A stretch of 64,000 bases of DNA from Eledone cirrhosa (GCA_964016885.1 OZ024741.1:203112001-203176000), one strand, 5' to 3'; positions 12,021-25,060 are shown, counted from the stretch's first letter. Translations and numbers: made by a program. Notes: generated by a model from the letters alone, not told the origin.

Positions 12021-13187
12021 ATATATATATATATATATATAAAATATATATATATATATAGTCCCTATGCAGATCGTTATTATACTAGTTGATCCCTATA
12101 AGTGGTAGCTAAAGGAAAATCGGGTAAAATACCCCTGGAGGCCGAATTTCTCCCCTCTCCCGAACGTTCACGTTTAACCATTATGCCAAACAGTAGCTAA
12201 TTATGTTTTTTTTTTTTAAAGATTTCAGTGTGAAGGTAGTATTATAAATATCCGGTTGATTTATTGATTTGAAATTTGAAAATGTAGTCGTTTTAATGCA
12301 AATGTTGAACAGTTGTTGTTGAACAGACATTGGGACACATGAGGACGCCACAAAAGATCATCCAGTACCAACCAATGAAATCTACTACAGATCTGCCCAC
12401 TCTTAAATTAACATATACATATTTACACATCTACACAATATATACACACTATTTGATGACCGTTGACTCACACGAATTCCTCCACCCTTTGTTAAGTTTT
12501 GTTTTTCATCCTACAGAGTGTTCAAAATTACCCTCCTCACCAAGCAAACTTAGTGAGGTTGAAGGTTTAGTTGCCGATGACCCGACCATGTAACATGTTG
12601 TACTGGGTTGCATAGTACCAGTAGCATTCAGGAATAACTTGATGACGCGCAATATATGTTCATTCAAGCTGAGCAATTAGCCTCTCTCAGTTCAAAGAGC
12701 GACATGCGTAGTGACGAGCCACACCTTACACGAGGTTCTTCAGATATGGCTATCATAGGATATTCTGGCTGAACAGGTCAGATCTAGAAAAGTAAGCTTC
12801 GATAAAAATCCTCATAAAAGGTCCTCGATAAAAAATAGTTCATGCAAGGATCATCAGTTTAATTAGATAACCTTGGCGTCGTGAACACCAGAGGCTTCGC
12901 AGATGATCGACTATTACTTCGACAATGGGTTGGCACAACTGCTTCTCCATTTAGCAGAGATATTTATGAGTATGCAGGTGTGGTAAGCCGCATATATTCT
13001 AGACAATTAAAAAAAGGAACATGACTGCTTTACCCTCGAAAGAGGGATGACTCAAGAAGAAGAGAATGAAAATAACTACAATGATAATAGTTGATCAACT
13101 CATATATAATATATTTATGAACTGCGGTGACCTGGTGCCTGTATCGGCCTTTACTCATTGTTCAACAATTTATATAATATCATCATA

Positions 13188-13357
13188 GGTGGTGGATTGG
13201 CTGTATCGATAGAGGGTCGGACGCTATGTTTTGCAGCAAAGAGTTACGGCCCTTTATGGTCTGAGTTCAAATCCCGCCGAGGTTAACTTTGCCTTTCATC
13301 CTTACAGGGTCGATGAAATAAAGTACCAGTAATGTACTGGGTAATTGCTGGCCTTGT
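13188..13357 (+). mobile_element. tRNA-derived SINE family A
   Basis: GGTGGATTGGCTGTATCG...CTGAGTTCAAATCCCGCCGAGGTTAACTTTGCC. Confidence 0.9.
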
Positions 13358-13949
13358 CATCATCTGATCGGGCGAAAATGAGTTGCAATAACACTGGTGT
13401 CAAGCTGTACCGGTCTTGTGTGTAACTGTGTCAAGCGTGTGTGTGTGTGTAATATATGTGTATATGGCTGAAGAGATGTTATCTCCCACCCAGCGGGCCT
13501 CTAGGTAGCGAATAGGGGAACTGCCTGGAGATATGCATGTCAATTGCGAATACGGAAATAAGCAGTCCTGGACTACAAACGAGTAGCGTTTGGTAAGGTG
13601 TAGTTCAGTGAATTCACCCTTGCCAGGCTACAGTGAAGCCATGAGGAGCAACTTGGTGGATGCGGCATTCAGCAGAGGAACTAAGAAGTCAATGGTTGAT
13701 GATAAACACGATGGTGAACGGAAGAACTATAACAGTAGTCAATGGTGAAGATCACCAAGTTCAGTTAGCGAACAATTTCCCGCATTTGTATTGGTGGCAT
13801 TACCCAGCTAACGAAAAGCCATATCGTGTATATATAGTGTCATATATATAGAGAATATACAGTGTATATAGGAGTTGCAATAACACTGGTGTCAAGCTGT
13901 AACGGCCTTTCACTTGGACAACATTGATGGAGAGGAGAGCGAAAACTGG

Positions 13950-14275
13950 CATTCTTGGGTAACTGTTGGTCTTCCATACACCATTCCCACACCACCATTC
14001 TTGGGTAACTGTTGGTCTTCCATACACCATTCCCACACCACCATTCTTGGGTAACTGTTGGTCTTCCATACACCATTCCCACACCACCATTCTTGGGTAA
14101 CTGTTGGTCTTCCATACACCATTCCCACACCACCATTCTTGGGTAACTGTTGGTCTTCCATACACCATTCCCACACCACCATTCTTGGGTAACTGTTGGT
14201 CTTCCATACACCATTCCCACACCACCATTCTTGGGTAACTGTTGGTCTTCCATACACCATTCCCACACCACCATT
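13950..14275. repeat. 46-bp minisatellite, 7 apparently identical copies
   Basis: Unit CATTCTTGGGTAACTGTTGGTCTTCCATACACCATTCCCACACCAC starts at 13950, 13996, 14042 ... 14226. Confidence 0.95.
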
Positions 14276-14305
14276 TTTGATACTTCTGAATTTGCATTAT
14301 TAATC

Positions 14306-15231
14306 GATTGGCAGTATCGATAGAGGGTCGGATGCCATGCTTTGCAGCATAGTTACGGCCATTTACGTTCTGAGTTCAAATCCCGCCGAGGTTAACTTTG
14401 CCTTTCATCATTACAGGGTCGATAAAATAAAGTACCAGTAATAAACCCAGTAAAGCACTGGGTAATTGCTGGCCTTGTGCTAAAAGTAGAAACAATTACT
14501 AATCGAGGGCGGTGAATTAGCAGTATCGGTAGAACGTCAGACACGATGCTTTGCAGCATAGAGTTATGGCGCTTTACGTTCTGAGTTCAAATCCCGCCGA
14601 GGTTAGTTTTGCCTTTCATCCTTACGGGGTCGATAAAATAAAGCATAAGTAATGCACTAAGAAAGATTTAATCGACTTCCCCCTCCCCTCCAAATTGCTG
14701 CCCTTGGGCCTATAGTAGAAATTATTATAAATTGAGGCATACCGTCCACCCAATCGTGGGGAAGTGCCCCTTCCTATTCCACTATTTTCCAATTTTGTTT
14801 TTTTCTCTCTTCCCCACATTATTTTCTCTCTTTATGGCGGTGGATTGGCAGTATCGGTAGAGGTTCGGACGCCATGCTTTGACGCATAGAGTTACGGCCT
14901 TGCCATTCTGAGTTCAAATCCCGCCGAGGTTAACTTTGCCTTTCATCCTTACGGGGTCGATAAAATAAAGTACCAGTAATGTACTGGGTAATTTTCTGGC
15001 CTTGTGCCAATAGTAGAAACAATTATTTTCTCTCTTTAGAGGCGGTGGATTGGGAGTATCGGTAGAGGGTCGGACGCTATGCTTTCCAGCATAGTTACGT
15101 CCCTTTATGATCTGAGTTCAAATCCCGCCGAGGTTGACTTTGCCTTTCATCCTTACGGGGTCGATAAAATAAAGTACCAGTAATGCACTGGGTGATTGCT
15201 GGCCTTGTGCCTAAAGTAGAAACAATTATTT
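14306..15231 (+). mobile_element. Tandem cluster of four SINE family A copies
   Basis: Copies at ~14306-14499, 14507-14728, 14836-15028 and 15041-15231, each with A box TGGCAGTATCGG (or a close variant) and B box GAGTTCAAATCC. Confidence 0.92.
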
Positions 15232-15753
15232 TCTCTCTTTAGTCTCTTCCCTGTGTTTATTATATATAAAAAAAATGTTTTATCTGAAATTTGCTTAATA
15301 CTTTCATTGTACATGCAAAACATGGAATTAAATCATCGGGATTTAATTGCATGTTTTTAACTTTACGCCATCTGCATCTCGATAGAGAACGATACATTAT
15401 AATATAATGTGTGATTATATATAATTTATGTATGATCACACATCTTTTCTAGTAATATCAATCAACCTGTTAACTGTTTGTGTGAATGGTTATGAAGTTC
15501 ACTTCACAACCATAAGACTTCAGGTTCGGCCCTGTTGTGTGGCATCCTGAGCAAGTGGTTTTATGTTTTCCTTAAATTTGAGTCGATTCAAGCCTTGTGA
15601 GAGAAATCGGCTAAACAATATACCACCTTTTCTCTCTCTCTCTCTCTCTCACATATATATATAATTCAGTCATGTATATATATATATATATATATATATA
15701 CAACAATGCATAGTATATGATACATGACAGTATCATATATATATATAATTATG

Positions 15754-15797
<44 letters not shown>

Positions 15798-15910
15798 CAA
15801 GATGACCGACTAAATACGCATGTGTGTTTTTTTCTCTCCAAATTTTTCCCAATTTTCCCCGTTCCTTCCTCTCATCATTCTTCACTTTCTATTTATCTTC
15901 TATTTCTAAC

Positions 15911-15950
15911 TCTAGCGTTTGATGAAGGACGAGTGTCCGAAACGCTCAGA
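15911..15950 (+). ncRNA. Minimal hammerhead-like motif (C3U variant) in a PLE-type remnant
   Basis: TTGATGA 15919-15925, stem II GGAC-GAGT-GTCC, GAAA 15939-15942, CGC-TC. The element starts after (TA)n at ~15795. Confidence 0.55.
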
Positions 15951-16043
15951 TTCTTTTCCTGCTATTTCAAGCGTTAAACTAATATAATTCTTCCATGTAC
16001 TGTGCCGTTTGGTTTTTGTTATTTTTGTTATTTCTGTTTACCT

Positions 16044-16095
<52 letters not shown>

Positions 16096-17233
16096 ACTGC
16101 AATATACGTTTTATGTGTCATGTATATATCTATACAATATACAGTTTATATTGTCACATAAATATGCTGCCACGTATGTATACCACTACGACATACCGTC
16201 ACGTATGTCAACACAATATACAGTTTTAGACGACTAACTATAGAATAGTTGGGCAGACAATGGCTGAAAGTAATCATTAATTTCCTTATGGAAAAAAAAA
16301 TCTATTAAAACCACTTTTTAAATGACTTCAATGCCATTTTTTCTCTTTGCTTGTTTCCCTCCAACTATTTCATGCATTGCCCACCCTCACTGCCTACATA
16401 TCAGCAGGAACTACCCTCCGTTGCCTTTCACCGTTACTAGGCCACATAGCACGGTGATGTTTGTCTTTGCCTTTTAGCCTGTTGTTTTGACTTTTAACTA
16501 CTTTTTCTCAATCTTCAATTCCTTTTGCATCATTGTCTTCTCCTCCCACACTTTCTCTTCCTTCGTTTCTTCTCTCTACCAACACATCCCCATCCCTTTC
16601 TTTTTCCTTTCTTTCTCGTTCATCTACCACTCATTCTTCTCTATTTATAGTCTTCCTCTCAGCTTCACACTCATTATATAAACCCTCTTTCATTCATATT
16701 CACTCTTTTCTAACTTTAATCTCCCTAGCTCCTTACGTTTAGCATTATTTTCTCACGCTCGCTTCCCCAACCCCTGAAATATCGTCCCATGACCCCCCCC
16801 CATACACCAACTTCATTTTCCCATCTTTAACCTCTAATGCTACCATCTACAACCGTCACCTCCCCCTTTCATTCAAGCACTATCTCATACTGCTAATTCC
16901 TTTCTTTCGACTGTTGGAAACATTATATGTATCAAGTTTCACATATGCAGTCATGCCGACCATTAACATCATCAGCTCCATGTCTTTGAAAAGCGGCGCT
17001 TGCTTACTCTAAAGATAACAGAGAGTCGCTTGACTTAGTAGTAGTATGATGCAAACGACCGTAGATAAAATATGAGACAACACCCAGATATTCCCATTCA
17101 TTGCAAATCTCCGGCTATTTCATGTAAAAAAGTCTCTACAATAAACTGTAGATAAGGAGTGCAGGTATAGTGATAATATAAACAAACTATGGATGTTATT
17201 AACATTGATTTTATTTAAGTCATAAGATAGTAA

Positions 17234-17400
17234 GGGCCCCCGAAACATCTCTCTACGCACTGCTACCAGGAGAGAGTTGGCCACCCGCAGGAATGAGCCC
17301 CATTCTCTTTCAACGCATCTCCCTTGCTATCCTCCGGGGTAATGTCTGTTCAATTCTGTCCGCTGGGACCATGAGGCATCATCCACCTGAGGTTTTGCAC
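17234..17400 (+). mobile_element. CRE-like (restriction-like endonuclease) non-LTR retrotransposon, C-terminal fragment
   Basis: 17305-17370 translates as LFQRISLAILRGNVCSILSAGT, matching the QRxSxAxQRGN motif at the end of RLE-type elements. Confidence 0.6.
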
Positions 17401-17561
17401 TTCAGACAGGCAGAACGAGTGAAAGAAAGAATGTGACAACCTTTCATTGGCTGGTTCGTGCTGTTATCATTTATCGCTACATACAGACACGCTTGCAAGT
17501 ATACACACATGCATACACACAAACAGTATTATTTTATTCAGAGAATCTCTATTATAATAAG

Positions 17562-17724
17562 CAGATCTGTCATCTCTCCCCGTCCGACGTGGAGATGTCT
17601 TCTCTTGTGAAAATGGGTAGAGCTTTCATTATGTAAAATCTCCCCATTATGCCTCATTTCTCTTCGTTTCGAGGCACTTTTTTCATGGTACTCACGTTTG
17701 GGTTTATAGAGGTTGGCAAGTCTG
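17562..17724 (+). mobile_element. MITE with TIR CAGACCTGCCAAC-like (internally deleted copy)
   Basis: Begins CAGATCTGTCATC and ends GTTGGCAAGTCTG. Homologous to 24641-24835, 34231-34631 and 40119-40295. Confidence 0.75.
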
Positions 17725-19497
17725 CATAAGGAACGAAAAAACATTAGAATAATATTGGTTTCTTTTGATTGCATATTGATTACAGTCTCGGGAAATGATG
17801 GTTTTGTTATTCCTGCTTTTCTCAAGAGATTGAAGTAAGTGAATTGATTTCAACTGGAATCGAAATGAGAATCATCATTGATAGTTAAGTCTTATTAGTA
17901 GTATTATATCGGTTTCCTCTGATTAACTGCATGAACTCTGTATTTTAATTGGAGAAATGAGTTGTAAAATGTATGTCTTTACTCAGGGGACATTAGATGT
18001 GTTATTTAATTCATTTCATGAGCTCGGCTTCAAGTTTCGTTTTCTGTTAACACAAAGCGCTCACGATTTAATATAAAGAAAATGTTTATTCAAACAGCTC
18101 ATGCAACCCTGAAGTTCCTTCATTTAGATGCTGGAGTCAATATTTATTTTGCTTAACACCGACGTGGCCTGGTGATATCAGTTTGTAAAATATTTTATAC
18201 GTTGTTCAGAGCAGACTTTCCTAAACTGGTAAGATTATTGTCGTGTAAAAACAGGTCAGCTCTGATGAACATGACCTATGACACTATACCCCCAGCTTCA
18301 GCATGCAAGGTTATGAATACCGTGGGGTTTAATATGGGTATGTTGTACAGTCCTCAGTCTAGCTACTCTAGTTCTTTTCGCCTGCAGTGTTCAGTAGTGA
18401 GTCCACCAGGGGTGGATAAAATAGTCTCAGTCACTATGTGACAGTTGATCTTTCATTGCACTAATAATTATAGAACACAACACAATGTTTGGGGCTAATG
18501 CTGCCATAGAGAGGTTGTTGAGTATGTGTGTGTGTGTACTTATCAGGTCCGTTGTAATGGTGTTTATTATGTTGTGTAAGTATACGGGTATCTGGAGGGG
18601 AATATTTACACAGTGGCAGCAACTATTAGAGTTGTACTTTGTAATAGCATCGTACCTTGACTGTACTGATGTGCTGTACCTAGTTTTGATGTTTTTGTAG
18701 TCAAATGTATTTTGTTGTGGACAGATTAGAGGCCTAGAACGAGCTGGCTTAATACATAATGGATCTATTATTTCTATACAATTTTTGCTTGTTTCTCTTT
18801 GCTAAATGTACTACTTATAAGTGTTTTAAATGTAGAGGATGTAGCGTATGTTTGAGTAACTAGCTGCGCAATCATTACATCCTGGGTTCCATCTTACTGC
18901 GTTCAATCTTCGACAAATCTCATTTACTATAGCTTCGGATCAACCAATGTCTTATGAGTGAAATTGGGTAGATGAAAACTTTTCGGAAGCCAGTCAGATG
19001 GCATGTTGATCAAACTAGTTTAACTAAACTCTCACCTAATTCAGCAACATTGGAATCACTGCCACCTTGTTTTATAGACAAGCGATGGAGATGTCTGTTA
19101 AATGTTAAGATGTCTTCAGCTACTTACACCGATAATTGCTACTAATTTTGACGAACCAGATGTATCAGCTGTATCCGCATTCAACACACAAAGACAGGCA
19201 ATCAACAACAGCACCCACAACAACACTTCATGTCTCAATAACAACCTCAAATAACATATTCACTCAGGAAACGTCCTTATCAAACATTTAATGAAAATGA
19301 AACAAAAAGAAAACCGATAAATAAAAAACAAATACACACGTTCCTTATTGAACATGATTTTGACCTCTTTCTGCCATTAGATATCAGAGAAGCAATGAGA
19401 AAGCTAGAACACAACAAACCTCAGGGATTAGTAAAATGGTGAATATACGCTGGGAAGATATACAGCCTGAAGGAATCACTACAATCATCAACATCTA

Positions 19498-19569
19498 CAA
19501 ATATTAGCTCAGTTGGCAGAACGTTAGACTAAACGCCTGAAGACTCTCGGTTCAATCCTGGATAAGTGG
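19498..19569 (+). pseudogene. tRNA-Phe-derived pseudogene
   Basis: TAGCTCAGTTGGCAGAACGTTAGACTAAACGCCTGAAGACTCTCGGTTCAATCCTGG aligns with metazoan tRNA-Phe(GAA). The anticodon reads AAA and the stems are mismatched. Confidence 0.65.
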
Positions 19570-19735
19570 ATTGGCAGAATCGCTAGAGCGTCGGATAACA
19601 TGCATACGTTCTGAGTTCAAATCCCGCTGAGGTTAGCTTTGCCTTTCATCCTTAAGGGGACGATAAAATAAAGTACTAGTAATGCATTTGGGTCGATGTA
19701 ATATATATATATTTGTGCTTAAACTAGAAATATTA
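19566..19735 (+). mobile_element. tRNA-derived SINE family A
   Basis: Family consensus with an internal deletion. Confidence 0.8.
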
Positions 19736-20782
19736 TGAGCCTTGGTAGCATGAAATGTTATCATTTCGTTTTGTAGCGGTATAATAACAGCTAAATATCG
19801 AATTTATCGATAACGTGTAGGGACATAAGTATGTATCTATTTATAATCGATAACATGTGAGGAAACATCTATGTATCTGACTATCTAACTCGGAATTAAC
19901 ATTCAAATCAGATGATATGATAAGTAAATCCAATTTGTTATCGTTTGATAGGTATTGGTCTAAGCTATGTTGATGTATTAACAATCCTCTTTCAGATAAC
20001 AAATCCTCGATTTCTACAATAGAAAGTGCTTTTACACGCGTTTCAAGTAGATATTTCGAGATGTTTGAGTGCTTCTCTAATACTGAGAGGAATTAGAAAA
20101 ACCACTCAAACGTTCAGGGAGTAATGTTCAACTTGTATATGTGATAAGAAACAATTTCTTCCTCTTTCTCTTGCCCCACATTTCCCCTTCGTCATTGATG
20201 CGGGGCCTTTGCTTCCAACTATCTACCCTCTTACTCTTTTTATTCTTTTTTTTCGTAATTATATCTGCCCCAATAGAAAGAGAATCTGATTGCCTCTCAT
20301 TATATGCTTGTCTTTGCAGTTAGCAAGAACTCTAACTGTTGAGTTAAGACTTTCTGGGTCAAGCACGTGCTTCTACACTCGCTATAGCCACTTATTACCA
20401 CCCGTCTCAGTCTATGTATTACTTTTCTTCCTTCCCCTACCCCTAATACGACCTTCAGTATTATCAACTCTTCGCTGTGCACCCGTTTTATTTCTAACAT
20501 TCTCTTTCCCTTCACGCCACCCCCAAACACTTAACTCGACTTATAATTATCCTTATGACCCCAGCCAAGCATATTTCCTCTCGTTTCGAAGTGGAGGACT
20601 GAAAGTATTAATTTCAGTATCACATTAGATTCAGAACGCCTTAAATGTTTAAATGTTGTAACCGCCCCTTCCACCCACACACACCGCCACACCTCTATTG
20701 ATATCGATTTATTGATTGATTGAAAACAAACGAAATAAACAGAAGCAAAAAACAAAAACGAAACAAACATGAAATTGTTATA

Positions 20783-20898
20783 ATTCTTTCTACTTTTGGC
20801 ACAAGGCCAGCAATTACCCCAGTGCATTACTGGTGCTTTATTTTATCGACCCCGTAAGGATGAAAGGCAAAGTTAACCTCGCCGGGATTTGAACTCAG
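20783..20898 (-). mobile_element. SINE family A, 5'-truncated
   Basis: Reverse complement of the 3' half, ending at the B box. Confidence 0.85.
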
Positions 20899-21309
20899 AT
20901 CTTTATATATAATGATTGGAGGACTGCAAGATTGTGACAGGAATATTTTTTTTTCTGAAGACGTTATTAAAATAAGTTGGATTACTTTGAATAAATCATG
21001 AATGAATATTTTGTAATTTATCTACTAAATTTCGTAGCTGTTGATTAATCATAAATATTCTTATATATAATGTATTATAAAATTCACTTCTTCAAAATTT
21101 TCAAATGTCTACACTTCCGGTTAGCATCCGTTATATTATAAAACATAGTCATACGCTATATCACATTGCTTATATAAACGTTCATTCCTATATTTGCATA
21201 ACGTTTATATTTCCGTCGCTAATTCTCTCCTGTTTTGTTTGCATAACATTTCACCGTAATGCAGTTTATATATATAATATCGTCTTTTTTTAATGTATCA
21301 TGGATTAGT

Positions 21310-23320
21310 TTACTGATAACAGAAGAGAGTGTAACACAGATCATCCAGTTGAGGGTCTTTGCCATAAGTGGCGTCAGTGAGATCCCCCTGTAGTTGTTGG
21401 TGATAAATAGATATCACTTCTTTGACACTGGGACGATGTTACTGATCCTCCACTGATTCGGGGGAACTCATTTCTCCAGTGCATCGGATGATATCATCAA
21501 AATCACAACTCTTCATCACCTCTGATGCCACTCCATCTTCTCAATGGGCCTTGCCCTCCTTGATCTTCTGCTTGGCTGTCTGAAGCTCCTCTCTAGCGAA
21601 AGGTCCTATCTCAATATCTAGTTCCTCAAACAGCTGTCTGATCGCCCTAGTGTTCTGGGTTGTGGAAGGTGGCTCTCCTAGTAGGGTCTTAAAATGGGCC
21701 AGCCATTTCCTCTTCCTATCCTCGGGCCCTGTTCTCTGATCTCCCTCTCTTCCTCTCTGTGATCTTGTTGATGAACGTCCAGCTCTCTTTACACCTAGAC
21801 CTATCAACCGCTCTCTCCACACTTCTGATCTTCTCTATCAGCGCCTCTTCTCCAGCCTCAGTGTAAGTGGTACAGAGTTCTTCCTTCATCACCTCCTTAT
21901 TCTCCTTCCTCTTCTCCGTAGGATCAGCATGGCATTGGTCCTTGGTAGCTTTTAGGTATTCTCTGGCTGCACACACTTTTTGGGTCTACAGAGCTGATGT
22001 TCTTCCTCTTCTTCTCTCTCTTCGGCACCAAGGTCTCACTTGCTTCTGCCACTGCATTGGTGAAGTACCCGTACCTCCTCTCACACTCTCTTCAGTTCCT
22101 CCAATCTCTCTCACCTCTGCCTCTCCACAGAGCACTGAACCAGTTCCTCACTTCTACTGTGTACCTCTCTTGTAGCTTATCATCTTCCTTGAAAGCTCCC
22201 CAGTCATAGATTACTCTCCGGGGCTGAGTCTTACTCATTCTTAAGCTCACGCGGACATCACTCATAACAAGCCGGTGGTCAATGCCCAGTGAACTGAAAT
22301 AATTGTATGGTTCTGTGTTCAGAACACTATTCCGCCACTTCTTCTTTATCAGAATGAAATCAATATATCAGAGATATAGGTCCACATCTTCCCCGGATTT
22401 TTCCTAAACCTTAGGCTGGTTACCATCAAGTTCACCTCAAGCGGGATATCCCTCAATAGTCCCTCATTTCGGTTGGTGTTGTTATTGAAGTGCCAGCAAG
22501 GATTTTCACTGCTTTCCTTACTCAGGTGTGCATTGAAGTCACCCAGAACAAGCAGGATGTTATGAACTGGTGTGGTGTTGACATCTCTACACACTTCCTC
22601 ATGGAACTCCTCTGCACTCAAGACTGTCAGCCTTGGGTTTCCACTGAAGGTCACCCTCAACACTCGCAGGAATGATCTCCCTCACTAATAGATTGGCTCT
22701 TGAACTGACCACAAAACCCACTCCTCCTACTGCAACATTAGTTGTGTTCCTCTCTGCTGATGTGGTGATGAGCTGGTTCCTCTTTCAAATCATCACTCTC
22801 TTCACGGGCTCATCATATAGAATCCTATGTTCTTGGATCGCAAGTATCTGCATACCACTCTCCTCAAACAGATGACCCAACTCCCCTCTCTTCTCCAGCG
22901 TCCAAACAGTCCTCACATTCAGAGTGCCTATTTTAATGGCTCTTCTGCAGGACAAAACTGTATTCTTTATATTTGTCTCCGAGACAGCTGATCCAGCATC
23001 CACTGGCCCTCCCTGTGGCTCTAAACCAGCAGAGTCATAACGACCAGACTGCTCTTTGACAGTGTAGTTAGGGGCTCTAACCCTAGTGCTGTTAAAGACA
23101 CTCTCCATAGTTCCTATCAATGGCTGAAATATCTTACCGGCGCCACTCGAGTAAGGTAATTATTTAACCCATAAATGGGCCCTAACAGGTACTACTACTC
23201 CGGGTCAGAGCAGACCTGGGAGTGATAACAACTAAGGGGTAACTCCACATTCCCCCACAGCTCCTGAACTCCCGAACCGGATCCCTGCCACTGGATGCAG
23301 TTTAATGTCATACCCAGGAT
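21310..23320 (-). mobile_element. RTE-clade LINE, 5' UTR + APE endonuclease + start of RT, decayed
   Basis: IKIGTLNVRT, ILAIQEHR, LLVLGDFNAH, GPFAREEL...KIKEGKA and NYRGISL. The 5' leader runs to ~23320, abutting (TA)n. Confidence 0.92.
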
Positions 23321-23356
23321 ATATATATAATATAATAATATATAATATATATATAA

Positions 23357-23610
23357 TTGTTTCTACTTTCTACAGCAATTACCCAATACATTACTGGTAC
23401 TTTATATTATCGACCCCGTAAGGATGAAAGGCAAAGTTAACCTCGGCGGGATTTGAACTCAGATCTTTATATATAATGATTGGAGGACTGCAAGATTGTG
23501 TCAGGAATATTTTTTTTCTGAAGACGTTGAACTCAAACCATAAAGGGCCGTAACTCTTTGCTGCAAAGCATAGCGTCAGACCTTCTACCGATACTACCAA
23601 TCCTCCGCCC
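23357..23610 (-). mobile_element. SINE family A with 67-bp templated insert
   Basis: The consensus is interrupted at the B box by 23462-23528, which copies 20898-20965. Confidence 0.85.
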
Positions 23611-23985
23611 TACCTATATAATAAACCTTTGTTTGTACTGCCTCTCTGTTTTTGTGGCTGTTCCAATTTTCACTATACAATACACGCTTACACGGCTTCC
23701 ACACAACCTTGGAATATACCTTGACTACCGGCTCAACCCCGATCTAATCCGCCGTGACCACTCTCTGAACTTTCCCCAAACCTTCCCACAACCTTTTCTT
23801 TCCTTGTTATTTTTTCCTTTCTTTGCATTATTTATTGATTAATTTACTGTATTTGTTTATACCTGTCTAGTTCCCCACACACTGTTTTCTTTTGGTTGGT
23901 ATCTTAATGATACTGACTGAATTAAATCATTGAGTGAATGGGAAAACGATCGAAGGTATATTGGTCCTATCCGATGAGGTCGTTT

Positions 23986-24023
<38 letters not shown>

Positions 24024-24047
24024 GTGATATCAATAGGTATATATATA

Positions 24048-24180
24048 TGTGTGGGGAATGTGGAGTTACCCCTTAGTTGTTATCACTCCCAGGTCTGCTC
24101 TGACCCGGAGTAGTAGTACCTGTTAGGGCCCATTTATGGGTTAAATAATTACCTTACACGAGTGGCGCCGGTAAGATATT
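24048..24180 (+). repeat. Inverted local copy of the RTE 5' leader
   Basis: Near-identical reverse complement of ~23128-23259, flanked by (TA)n. Confidence 0.85.
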
Positions 24181-24196
24181 ATCCGGTAAGATATAT

Positions 24197-24256
<60 letters not shown>

Positions 24257-24262
<6 letters not shown>

Positions 24263-24412
24263 ATATGTAATAAAATATGGAGAAAAATACTGAAGGTAGC
24301 GCATGGATAACATGTAATAAAATGAGTCCCTCATCAGTGATTTGCCGACGATCATTATTACATGTTATCCATGCGCTACCTGCAGTATTTTTCTCCATAT
24401 TTTATTACATAT

Positions 24413-24418
<6 letters not shown>
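24257..24418. mobile_element. Fold-back insertion in (TA)n with CTGATGAGGGAC
   Basis: Arms of ~63 bp. The spacer reads CACTGATGAGGGACTC on the - strand. Same family as 10620-10725 and 54885-54990. Confidence 0.7.
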
Positions 24419-24490
<72 letters not shown>

Positions 24491-24640
24491 GTGATATCAA
24501 CCACCGCTAGATGTTGTAATTCAGAGATCACAAACACGCAGCCCGCAAACTACTTTTCTATGGCTTGCTGCAGAACATTTGAAACGGAAAATTTGTATCC
24601 CCTACATTTTGTGCTAATTCATATATTCCATATACTATCA

Positions 24641-24835
24641 CAGACCTATCAACTTTCCCCATCCGACGGGAAGATCTCCCACCTACTTTGCGGTGTGTGA
24701 GAGATGTCTTCTCTTGTGAAAATGGGTATAGCTTTCATTATGTAAAATCTCCCTATTTTGCCTCATTTCTCTCCGTTTTGCGGTACTTTTTTTCATGGTA
24801 CTCTCCGTTTGGGCTTTTAGAGTTTGGCAAGTCTG
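24641..24835 (+). mobile_element. MITE, TIR CAGACCT...AAGTCTG
   Basis: TIRs, with CTATCA on both flanks. Confidence 0.8.
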
Positions 24836-25060
24836 CTATCATATGCGTATTCATTTATAATTGGTGTAAATCATGTGCCCCTCATCTCATTCTTGGTCTG
24901 CTATGCATCTCTTTCAGGATGTAATGGTCCTTGCATTTGATGCCTCTGCTGTAATCAAATTACTGTCGTTAATTCAACAGCCGTTAGTGAGATGATTAGT
25001 TACCGAAACATTTAGATGTCCCTCGAGTTAACCAGTGGTAACTGTTCCATATTATTTTGT

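Noticed and set aside
13950-14275. CRISPR-like array or repeat protein
   Set aside because: The units are contiguous with no unique spacers, there are no cas genes, and the context is eukaryotic.
14306-15231. tRNA gene cluster
   Set aside because: A and B boxes are present but there is no cloverleaf. The shared body, tails and TSDs identify these as SINEs.
17730-19495. Possible coding sequence
   Set aside because: Only faint, stop-ridden LINE-like traces with no assignable motif.
23965-23992. CCGATGAGGTC before (TA)n as a hammerhead
   Set aside because: No GAAA half or stems are visible, and it is too short to support.
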